NCBI GenBank assembly: GCA_051294905.1
Contig: CM119371.1
Span: 27,559,001-27,592,000, forward strand
Source: Botryllus schlosseri
Taxonomy: Eukaryota
Reading direction: 5' to 3'
Length of the DNA: 33,000 nt
The translations under genes and the position numbers were made by a program. Positions 10,940 to 22,500 of the stretch are shown here, piece by piece. Within the stretch, counting starts at the first letter, position 1. The number at the start of each line of letters is the position of its first letter. The notes under the pieces are model-generated. The model saw nothing but the letters and a program-made list of their open reading frames with translations. It ran no database searches and was not told the origin of the DNA.

Positions 10940-12158
10940 TTATTTGCAATGCTGCAATGTACTTCGCAAAAACAACCAAAATAAGCGGATTTGAATCAGT
11001 AAAGTCCCTATTCTCCACAAACCGCCGTCGAACCAGGTAAACGAATGGTCTGCAAGAAGACAATACTCAAGTGAGAAAAGCTCTGTATATTGCACATTGA
11101 ATAACCCCTAATATACCGAAGACTGTGTAGCTCATTGTGCGTGCGTTACGGGATAGGGAAGCAGGTACTTCCAAGGTATGGGGGTACAATGAGATTTCAT
11201 TCTGGGAATCAGGTTACAATAAGACGAGACTCTAAATTGTATACGTACAGTTTGTAGAAATTGAAGCAAGGGCCATTATAGGACCTTCGACGGAATTAGT
11301 TGTGTACGATACATTCTTTGTAATACGAACGCATTGGGTGTCTGTATACACGGCTATAGAAAAGTCCAATAATGGATAATGTTACGTTTCGGAACATCAA
11401 CAAGGTTAAAAGATGCGAGTATTTTCCTGTTGCTTTCTATACCTCGATTATGTGATGGAATGAGATTTTAGTATCGCTTCAATTCCCGTGTCCGACACTG
11501 AGGTAGCAAACGGACGAGCAATTAGTCCAATCATTTACGCTACAACTGAAACAAACGAACTTCTAAATATTGTAGGTGTTGCGACTGATCTACTTAGCGT
11601 GAAACCGTATTTTAATTCCATGTCTCAATCGTTACATAGCAACCCTTAGCTTTGGATGGCATTTTCGGGCATTGGCCTCATGTCACAGACTTCGCTAATA
11701 CAATATAATATTATAATTTATTTAGTAATAAAAATAATAATTAGAGTATTTGATTTCATTAGGAAATTAATTATTGACTTCAATAATTCTCTAATTAAAA
11801 TTGACCTATCTTCGAAACTGATACAACACTGTTGTGGTTGTCCGCCAAACGTGTGGCAAATCCGTCGCAAAGACAATGAATATTAGCGGAAGTAATGACA
11901 CATAATGTTGCAACCCAAATAAAAATGCATTCATCAACAATAGAGGGTATGAACCTAATTGAAAGTTAAAAATATATTAAATATAAATAATTTCACTGAT
12001 TCCACTGGACAGGTAGCAGGCTTACCAATAATTATCTCCGTATTCTTTAAACCATCTCCTATAATCCAATTCAGTGGGTGTAGAAAATGGAAAATAAAGA
12101 TACATATTCTACGTCACATGATATTGGGTCACTGCATATCTATAGATACCTGAGACTG
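10940..12158 (-). pseudogene. Decayed spliced gene for a membrane protein; candidate exons 12158-12026, 11954-11806, 11049-10940
   Basis: Acceptors TTTACATTGCAG, TTTTAACTTTCAATTAG, TCTTCTTGCAG; donors GTAAGC (71-nt intron) and a weak GTCAAT. Phases join in one frame: VSGIYRYAVTQYHVT*NMYLYFPFSTPTELDYRRWFKEYGDNYW/FIPSIVDECIFIWVATLCVITSANIHCLCDGFATRLADNHNSVVSVSKI/DHSFTWFDGGLWRIGTLLIQIRLFWLFLRSTLQHCK*. In-frame TAG at 12111-12109. Confidence 0.45.
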
Positions 12159-15100
12159 CTGCAATGTAAACGTTATAACCTAAAGGTTCCATTGTCGGCT
12201 ATTTACGAACACAAATAACGGATATTATTAGATCTATAAATTCACGCATGTTCATAAAGGACTGTATTTTAGGTGTAGCGTAAAACTCATCTCTTGACCG
12301 TATTTAGCCTTGTTCAGATTGAGTTGCCGTTGCTTTGTTTGCACAGCATATAGCAGCGTTGCGTTTTGGCGAAAGGGCAGGGTACACAACGGTATGACCT
12401 CTTTCTATTTCGGCACCAACTTCTTACCTCGATTTAATTTTAGGATTTATTGACATGCGCAGCAATAATCACCTTGTGTAGTATGGAATATATAACACCA
12501 TCAAATATTGATTATGATACGCCAGATATATGGTTTCTAGCTCCATTTTAGGTTTGATTCGATGTTACGTGGATTTTTATCAAATCTAAATAATGAATAA
12601 ATAGAGAATTAGTTATGTATAGCCATTTGCGTATGTCGATTTCATATAGTACATTCATCCTGAAATAATCCCTAAATTTTTCGGCTGTCAGGGGTGTAGG
12701 AACTAGTAAAGAATTGTAAAAAATATTTTATATCAACAATCGTATCACCAAATATGACGGTACCGGTACGGAATGATCGAGACTAACAGATTGCTTAATC
12801 CAATGCACTATTTTAGATTATACACGAATTCCTTCTGTCAGAATAGACCAGGTTGGTAGAAGTCGACTTCGAGGCACACAGATGAAGAAATGAATGTGTT
12901 CTCCCGACGACGCCGAATCCATATATTTATAGCATATACTTATACACAATTTAATATATGATTTTAGAAAATATGTACCGATGAAACCGACACCCAAATG
13001 TATTAGTTTTGTAATGATCGCATAAATCTAATTCATTCTCAATTATAATTCTCCGTTATCAAATAGCAACAAAAATACATTCGTAACACAGCGGGCATCC
13101 TCAAAATATTTCGGAGACACTTTTTATATTCGCCACGGTTTCATTTGCGAATTCTCGACAATAAAAACAAGCTATTCCTTATATCCCAACGGACTTTGAC
13201 AAGTTTTCATGGATTACGACACCCAACAAACAGTGCGTAATCTGCCATCGATCCGCCAGGCTGCAAAATCTCTTGGATGCAGAACGAAACAAAGAAGCTA
13301 ATTAAAAGTGAATGATTATTATCGCGAGATACTCCAACGTACTTTTGAAAATTTCTTGCTGTTCCGTACCCCTGTTTACCAGGTCTTTAATCTATATCCC
13401 AACTTATGTCGGTTAGGCAGAAATATCACACGTTGAGGAATATCGGATGCTTCTCAGAGGCGCTGTCGAGTGTCGATTAAGCCTGGGAAACCGGGTGGTA
13501 GATTTGTATAATAATTTTGAATAGGTAAATTATAGCTACAGTCGTATGACGCACTGATGCTGCTCGTCGGCGTTGCATTCCCGCACAAAACAACGCATAT
13601 AAAAACTTTTTGCACGGGGTTTTTCAGTCAATAATTGTGCAATAGTTCCTCTGGATTCACCTCACCGACATTATCGCGGTGTTGCCTAGATCAAGTTTCG
13701 GCGTTTTTCAGCGGTGTTCCTGTTCGGTTGTCACACGTAGAACGGGTCCATTTGCATGTTAAGTTTGTTGCTTGCATCTGAAGTTATCAACATGCTGGTC
13801 ACCCGCATATTCGACTGGGATGGACGAGAGCATATTTGGTGTCTTGGAACATTACGCAATAAAACTACTTTTCATTCCTATACCCAAGAGAGTATATAAT
13901 AGCTACCAAAACTTGCGGTGTACCCACGCTCTCAATCACGAATCCTGGTACGAAATAGACTGTTCTACATGTAGTCGTGAGTAGGTTAAAATTCTCAGGT
14001 ATTTTGATGCCAAATCAGTACTCATGTCGTATTAACTTCTGACCACAAGGAAAATGTTGCCAACTACATGTTATGCAAAGTAATATCGTGTTTCAGGACC
14101 ATGAGTTTTGGCACCACAATGTGGACAATTGTTGTTGATTCTTTGACCGGGCCAGACGAGCTTTCAAGGCCTCGGCGATGGAGATATAGTATTGTAACTT
14201 GTTTACACATTATTCTTGGAAAGAAGTCGTATATTTTTATTACTCGGAAATATCCACTCTAGTCTCGAATCATCATAATGTATATACTCGGCTCTGATTT
14301 GAACAATGTTTCAGAGGACAAGTATTATTTTGAACGAGGTTTTAAAGAAAAACAATCTGACTGAATGGTGTTATTAACCTATGTCATACAATAAAGTGGT
14401 ATTTGATTATGAAACCAAAAAATACAAATTCAACATTGCGCAAATGATATTTTTCTTTTTGATTGTTCGTGAGAGGAATATGATATAATGTGGTAAATAA
14501 TATTTTTTCGTGTTATCACGACAAAATACGGGAGTCGTGAACGAATTGTGCTGAACAACTGTCAATTTACGAGGTTTTTCACGACCGCTGTTATTTGGCA
14601 TATTGTCGTTTGCTATTGCGTCGCAAGATACTTTCGAACCGATTCTCCATTGACAATACATGGGATACTTCAAGATCCCGTAGTGACTGTAATCGACAAA
14701 TGAATAGTATATTCATATTGAAATGTACCCGAATATTGTCGGCTGACAGTATTCAATGTCTTTTCACAATGTGCTAGTGAACCTGTACTAATGCCGTACA
14801 CATATAAGTGCAGTTCACAACATGTGTATCCGTATACCCAGACTTGTACATCGTACGAATTTCGTCAAGATCTTTGATAGTGCCCATAAAACTATATTAC
14901 CAGATGATGTTCAATGGAATATCTTTCCACCACAACAGCACATTGCGCTTATGCCAGCGCTAATCTAGGGCATATCACTAGAAATGCTTTTATGGTGGCA
15001 ATCTATCAATCCAATCATGCTGATTCAGTGCCGCGGTGACAAAGCGTGAGTGGACCATTAAATTCCATGACTCTAGCACGAGACGAACGCTGCTTCAACG

Positions 15101-16341
15101 AGACTCCTTTGTTCCTGCTTGGGTGATGCATGCATTTATCAGTCTGAAAATAAATGACGATGCTTGTCTGACACACGAACGAGGGAATTGTACTCAATCC
15201 GATTACAACTGTGCAACATTTGATTAGTGAAGAGTCGTATGTAGGATGTGATTCTCGGGGCTCTGTATAGATTTAGGATAAATGTTTCTCGAGAAGTGAA
15301 TTGCGTATGATTAAATTGAAATGAAAAACTTGAACGCATTATAATTTGCTATCCTCTTTCTATCATGGTGCTTGCTCGTTATCTGGAAAGACTTTCGCGC
15401 CTCTAACACCGGTATTAGGTTTGGGTACGGCTGCGAAAGTGGGGTCGCCAGAAATCCGTCAATGATCTGTAACTAGCGCCATTTTTTTCGGAAATGGGAC
15501 AATGTCTGCATTAATTTTCAGTCAAACGACACTAGGGGTTATTTTTTGGGGGACAATCATTTTTATTTATTAAATGTTTCAAGGTAATGTTTAATTTGAA
15601 AACATTATCGAAATTCAGGATATCCCTTATCTTAGTTAGAACAAGTACAGATTCTACTAACTTTGATTTAGAAAAGATAGTGTATAGGGATATTACATGT
15701 ATGCTATCAAGTTCCGAATGTTTACGGAGTTGAACAGCGAGCAGTTATATAACAGCTTCCAATTGCCGCTTAAAGCTCAATGCAGACCTACATTGGATTT
15801 GCTACGGCGTATTTCGACAAAGTCTTCACTATCTTCACTATGTCCAGCTGCAGTAATTTGAATATGTCTTGGATGAGATTCCGTTGTCTGATTTCCAATT
15901 GAACCTTGAATTCTGCACGATAGGAACATAGTCCGTATTAGCAGTTAGCTCGAGCGTTTAGTAATCCATTACACATAGGTGAATAGGCAGAGATAACTAT
16001 ATTGAGTGATAATGGCTACTTTGAAATCCTTGCGTGGTGGACATATATAGTACAATGTGGACAAGCAACGAATATTGTATTCAAATATTACCGACACAAC
16101 GATCGTGAATATGATCTGCAAATTTGTTTATTTATTAACCAGACAGTCAGTGGTCGATCAGGGGATCACCACTCACCCCGATGGAAGTGACGTCATACCA
16201 TTCGATATTACCTTCTGTTCGCATTTCGAATTTTCATCCCTGTGGCAATTTTGTAAACCAAATTGATTGCAGCACCTTTAAAATGTACAATTGTACATAC
16301 CGCTGCATATAAAGTAGTTTTCTGGGTTACAGCGAGAACTA

Positions 16342-16932
16342 TTAACTGTATGAGCATGCTACATCCCTTTCTTTCAAAAAAATGTTCAGTTTCTTAACAG
16401 TGGGCGGATTGCTTATCTGGGGTTGAAATCCGGTATTACAAAGCAGGGCATTGCTCCGAAAATCACCAGCGATCTTCACATGATTCTGTCGGATTTTCCG
16501 GATCGAATAGGACTGTTGAAGTATTTCATGATGCAGCACGAGACTTAACTTATAAGAATTACCATCTGCTATGCCTACAGTGACGTCGCGTATGGATATT
16601 GCATTCATGAAGTATGGTGTGTCCCGTGCATAGAGCATCGATAGAACTTGGTCAAATAAACCATCGCATTTTATCATGCTTGTTATCGATCGATCATGTT
16701 CAGGAAGATATTCATTCAGACGATATGTTTTCTGTAATACATGAGATAACTCAATTAGTACGCTTTTTGCTATCGTAATTACATCCATCGCAGTGATAGC
16801 CGCAAAGTATTTATCGCGATATCTCACTTGCCCCAATTGTAATAACAACTTTGATTGAACCACACACCGAATAAAAGAAGTTATATCCAACCTCGCATCA
16901 GTCAACCCAAACACATAACTCGTTATTCCCTT
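16342..16932 (-). CDS. Unassigned stop-free frame of 197 codons (possible terminal exon or orphan coding remnant)
   Basis: The track ORF (16342-16914) begins at GTG, and the frame is open to 16932, directly after TTTTAG (possible acceptor). Longest unexplained frame in the window; no motif recognised. Confidence 0.35.
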   Translation of the reverse strand, partial: KGITSYVFGLTDARLDITSFIRCVVQSKLLLQLGQVRYRDKYFAAITAMDVITIAKSVLIELSHVLQKTYRLNEYLPEHDRSITSMIKCDGLFDQVLSMLYARDTPYFMNAISIRDVTVGIADGNSYKLSLVLHHEILQQSYSIRKIRQNHVKIAGDFRSNALLCNTGFQPQISNPPTVKKLNIFLKERDVACSYS

Positions 16933-17295
16933 CTAAAATTCCACGTGAAAAGTTCGTAGGGGTTCGATTTCTATCATTCTCTTTTATTATATTTGTAGAG
17001 TACTCGACGTGGTCCCGTATCAAATTCAAATAACCCATTCCGACTTTCCGAGGATAGCTTTAGACAAGTTTCGTGTAGTTGCGTTTGTTTCTACTTCTCT
17101 ACAGACTAAACACTATAGTTATAACTTATAGATACGTAAGAAATAGAAAGAAGCAAGAGAGTGGAAACGAAACAATACTCTAGGCATACATATACCACGG
17201 CCGAAGCAGAAGAGTCGTTAGTTTAGTCGAGGATTGAGCTCACGACATGATACTGGGCTGCTGAATTTCCGCAATATCATAAGTATACTACAAGC

Positions 17296-17305
17296 TATAT
17301 AAAAG
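17296..17305 (+). promoter_or_regulatory. Candidate TATA box for the LRR gene
   Basis: TATATAAAAG, followed about 50 nt later by a possible donor GTAAGC (17347). Motif only. Confidence 0.2.
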
Positions 17306-19414
17306 TGACAAGCCGGTGTAACAATTTGAACATTAACAGACAACTTGTAAGCATTCGTAATAGTCCGCAGGGCTGATTAGTGATATCAGCGTATACCGTA
17401 TATTCAAATGGAATGGGAATGGCTAGAAAACCCAATTTACGTCTTTTGAGTAGATAACCTGCACTATACCAATACGGATTTTACCGTTTTATTGCTCTTA
17501 TTACTTGACCGATATGTCTACAACGCTGACGTTTATCAAGTTATTAAATCATAGGCCTATACAGTAATCAATATTTCGAGGATGTTTCAAAACAATGTAG
17601 CGCCCTAGGCTCTCCGCGAAAATTGTGAATCGTTCAATTGAGTTGTGGCAAATGAAGTAGTTACTCAGGCTTGAGTTTTCTAACTTACATAAAACCAGCG
17701 GGCTTGTGATTTCCCGATTAGCCATGGATTTGCACCTGTCTAGAAATATTTACCAGCATAACAACGGCTATGAAGCTTTGGGATAATGGTATTAGAATGG
17801 GCGATACCTGTATGTACGTTTACAATACAAGTCTTCGGAGCTAAAGCATTACAGTCAGAGAAGCAAAGCTGAGGACACTGAATTATAATTGCATAATTAC
17901 GCGTAGCGATTATGATGTCAAGTCTACGGCAGTGTATCCCATTTGCAGGCTGGTTTATAAATAATATAAGATTGTAGGTTTGGTGTTTTTAATAATTATA
18001 AGTTAGGAGATACGGAAAGATTGCAAGTGGAGGTTCGGTTCCACATTTTCGGTAGAAATCTCTCATTTTTATGGTGATATCATTCTTAGTACAGTGTGAA
18101 GTTCATAATATTGATGTATAAAAATAAACGGAATTAATAGGTAAATTTATAATTAACATTGCTCGATATCAGACGGTATCAACAACATTATTTTAAATAC
18201 GATGGATATAAGGTTCTGTGTATATGAATTGTAAATTTTAAGAGAGAGGTCCGGAAAGCCAAAAGTAACTACAGTCTGTTAAATAGAATGTGACGTGTTG
18301 GGAAAATTAGCTCGGTACAAACCGTTAAAATACGCTATCGGGTGTATTGTATGCACATCGCACATACATTGTCACATTATCTAAAGATATCTCAAGGGGA
18401 TTTCTAGCGCAGAGAACATAACCTATGCCAAATAGCCTGACCAAACCTGTAAAGTCGTAAGCGAACAGCCTTTTCGAGAGAACGAACAGCGAGAGATAAA
18501 GAAATACGAGAGTAGGTAATGAGAAACTATCTGTATGTTTGAGAGGGAAGAAATCGCCATACTTCATCGACAGCACTAACGGCTTAACTATCGAAAACTG
18601 CAAATATCTACAGATAGTCAAGTAGTTGTGCCAGTAGCACCATCATAAATTCATGACTGACTGTAATGCCCTATGTAAACCTGCATAATCTTCAAATAAG
18701 TTTGCTACGCTCTGTACTTGGCGAGATATCCAGAATACGATACAGTGGCGCCGATTTAGTGGATTTTATTTGCGTTGCTGTGCTTCAAGTCAAGGTGGCG
18801 TTTGGGGTTGTGTTACGTCGTCTATAATTAGCCCAGACGCCGGGTATGATATCATCAAATAGTAAATGACGATGTCATGGTTCATCAGTTGAGGGACATC
18901 CCCCGACGTGACGTGCTGCATCCGCTGTGCTAGCCGAACGTGGCAAGTCGTCAATACGGATTTGCGTTGCATTGCCGCGGTACAGTGTTACTGCTTTCAT
19001 GGCAATTGCAATGAGATCGATTGTGTAGTGTGAGTCAAGTTGCAGTGCTAATAATATAGTAATAAGAGGGTGCTTGTTTCTCTGAGAGCAATTGACACAG
19101 ACGATTGCGCCTGGATAAGTGGCAACCGCCGTAATCGTGATCTATATTATCGACAATATTGTACTTCAACTTCCGCGATAAATAGGCTAATAGGATTTGA
19201 ATAGGCATCAGCGAATTTGCACTATTTGGTTGTTTACGGTGTCTCCAACCAAGTGCAAGCGATGAGGTAGTCTGATCTGGTGGAAGTGCTGCAGAAAGCA
19301 TATTTAAAACATCGTGAGAGCTGGAACAGCTGTGTTAAATGGCGGTGGTACGCTGAGGCAGATTACTTGATGATCTTAGCAGTATAGAATTACAGCGCCA
19401 GTATGCTATAACTG

Positions 19415-19433
19415 TTGATTTCCAATTTCGCAG
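19415..19433 (+). promoter_or_regulatory. Splice acceptor in the 5' UTR, 20 nt upstream of the start codon
   Basis: TTGATTTCCAATTTCGCAG then ATCGCTAGGCCCGCTACATT-ATG; resembles the gene's internal acceptors. Confidence 0.55.
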
Positions 19434-19453
19434 ATCGCTAGGCCCGCTACATT

Positions 19454-19548
19454 ATGAATTCCTGTGATCAGTTCCGGTTATTACCGGTATTTTTTCTTTT
19501 GCAATTGTGGGTCGTCATGGGACTTGCAACGAGTTTGAAATGCACCGA
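19454..19548 (+). CDS. LRR gene coding exon 1 (signal peptide)
   Basis: MNSCDQFRLLPVFFLLQLWVVMGLATSLKCT + GA|GTAAGT; phase 2 matches the next exon. Confidence 0.88.
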
Positions 19549-22500
19549 GTAAGTTATCATTAACGCTAAATGATGTTTGTGTGCAATGCTTACCTCGTTG
19601 TGTGATCTAAATATCGAAATTGAGAACATACGCAGTCGTCATGCGTGATGTGGTCATGTTGTGATCTATAGTACGTTGGAGTCATATGCCCATTGTCCAT
19701 GCAAAGCATGTGAGGACTAGATAGTTCGCAACTCTGTGACAGTTTACCACCTGATGTCTTTTGTGCGTAACGACTTTCTACGCTGTTGCTGCAATCACGT
19801 TACAGAAGGCTTTTCTGCAATTTGATTCATGCAAAGTAGCAACCGCCTTCATGCTGCATGCTGCAGAGTATCCCAGATTTCTGACATATCGTGAATGATA
19901 CTGAAAGTTTGTTTCGGAACGTAGCCAATACTGTGCGTCCAATCATTGGAATAATCAGCTTTGTGAAGCATTTTGAAAATGTCTCGGCGTTTCAGATTTG
20001 CAAGACTCTGTTTAGATTTAGGCGTCTGGTGAATGTCAATTATCCCGTTTTTGCATAATGCATTTGCGGTGTCTCATACAGCTGAATTTTGTTTTCGTCT
20101 CACAGTAAAGACCCGAGGGAGAATCTATTCCCCGAATGCATGCAGGGTGGAGACCTCGTGCTCTGGTGCGACTATTCCACCAAAAAGAGTATTCCGAATC
20201 CGGATAAGATCTACCAAGACAAGACTTGCCGAAATTCAGTCGCCCTACACATTGAAGACAATTGCCTTGAGGAGATATCAAAATGTGAGACCTAATGTCA
20301 TTTCGCGGTAGTTCGGACCTGTATTTCCCATGTAGTGCGGGACGATTCGCTTCAATGGGAGTAGTGCGCCTTTGTTGCGTAGTAAACTGAAATTTCCCCC
20401 AGTTAAATCAATGACTTATCTATATCTATTGTCACAAATGACAGTCATGCTGTTGTGAGATCTTCTGTTAACTTGTCAAGTTGGTCGTAAACTCAACACG
20501 TTTGTAGTCAGAATTTAGTTTAATTCGTGCTTTCGACACCTCACGTTATATTGAATGTTTAAATTACACCCCCAAACTAAACAAATGTCCTTGAAATCTA
20601 AATAAACAAGGCTGAGCGAGATAATGGAATTAACGTTTTTTCCAAGACCATACTTCAACGAAGGTTATCCGTATTACGACTATTGTCGAGATAAAGATTC
20701 ATAATATTTGCTATACGCCTGAATTCTAAAGATTTGTTTGTCCATTGACAGTTGGGATTTACGCTAAATACGGAACTATCATCCAGCGAGACGTTCGTAT
20801 CGAAAGTCATAGTCCCCTCGAGCAAAAATCACCTAGGTAAATAGAAAGTTTGCACTGTCACACATTAACTATCAAAGTTCGCCCTACATCTATCTCGTCA
20901 GACTTTGTATTGGGTTAGGTGTGCTGAGATGAACACGACGAAATATTCAACGAATTGAAACAGCTCTAAAAACGATAGCATTCACGATATAACTTCTATG
21001 GACAGGATACAAATAACTGTTTTTTGTGATCCTGAATACACCACAGCGGTACTAAATACATGACTGCTATGCAACTTACATGTTCTGACCTACCAGCGTA
21101 ACTGTGTGAGTGATTTAGGTCTTTGTAAAGGATGTTATTGGTTGGATTGAATTCACTCTTCGCATAAGTTCTGTGATCACTATTAAGATACACCTAGTCT
21201 TTGCTTCAATAGATCAGGGATGGATTCAGGTCTCCTGCCACGAAAACGAAATTTCCACACATTGCAACGTAATCGATTTGGTTCGAATTGCGTCGACTTA
21301 AACTACTTGCCGTGCTTGGTGTTTTGACTGCTACAGTCATGCACAGTTGCACACCAAGTATACAGACTAAATTTCGACTAGCATTTTATAGAGTAGCGCT
21401 GTCCGTGGACATATGAGCACTGAGAATGTGTCACGCAATACCATGCCATATCTTGGCATGTAAGACTTGAACACTTGGATTACTGTAAGTTGGGTCAGGA
21501 GCAATGTTCCCTCTATTTTTTAAGAGTCTGCGCAAACACGTCAACTCACTGCGCAGGCCCTCGGACAACAGTGCGCAACCACCCTCCAATAGGGCGATAA
21601 AACTAACTACTGGGGGGCTTCGTCCCCCAGACCCCCCTACGGCTCTAGGCTTCTTCCGGTACTTATCATGTACATTGGGTGCCCATTTAGTAGTGGCGTC
21701 CCTAAACGCGCGAAGCGCAAAAAAATTTCTATAATTCATGATTGCATCGGCCAATATGTTCGGGAATTGCATATATATTGCTATCAATTTTTATCCTCTC
21801 CCTGCTCACATAATCAGATTTGCCGGTAGAGCTGGTCCAGTGAGGTGTGTTGGAATAGATAGGCCCTCTAAATAATAATAAAACATCTTCGGGCGTACCC
21901 GTTGATATAATGACTTCGTTACATGATGTTATTTCGTGACCCCCTATCTGCTATGTCAAAAGATATTGAAATCGCCAAAACGTAGGCTACTAAAGTAAAA
22001 GACGTAGGCCTACACGATTTCAAATTGGTATTTCTTAACTGGAAAATAATGTTCCCCCTTGTTGTGGGACTCGGATCGCCAGGACAGGAACATTCGGCGC
22101 CAGCCATTTAGGCGCCCATATGGACATGGACAATTACATATATATTTGTATATATCGAAGTTTTCGGTCCGCACCGGGGCAGTCTTTTTCGCCCAAGGTT
22201 TTCTCGCTGCTGATCATCGTTCTGGCGCACTTCTTGGATTCGCATGTAACATAGCCTTTAACTTCATATGTCTTGGCGCGTCATGGTGCGGTAATGGCCG
22301 ACGCCCAACTACCCATTTCTATAAATCATGCCTAATTTTTGTTGGGAAAGGGTACCCAATAATTAGATATCTGACAATAATAAAACGCGCGTAGCGCGAA
22401 AAAAAATTCCTGAAAAATTTCAAAAAATACACCATGATTTATGTTAATTCTCGAAATAATTTTGGACCCCCTTCGTGCTCGGCCCCTCCAATTGGGGGGT

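Noticed and set aside
13772-14262. Two ORFs separated by a GTGAGT...TTTCAG intron-like segment (13977-14096)
   Set aside because: Every joined frame I tried contains stops; no family recognised.
18325-19301. Minus-strand ORFs of 98, 60 and 88 aa
   Set aside because: No motif; they lie in the presumed upstream region of the LRR gene.
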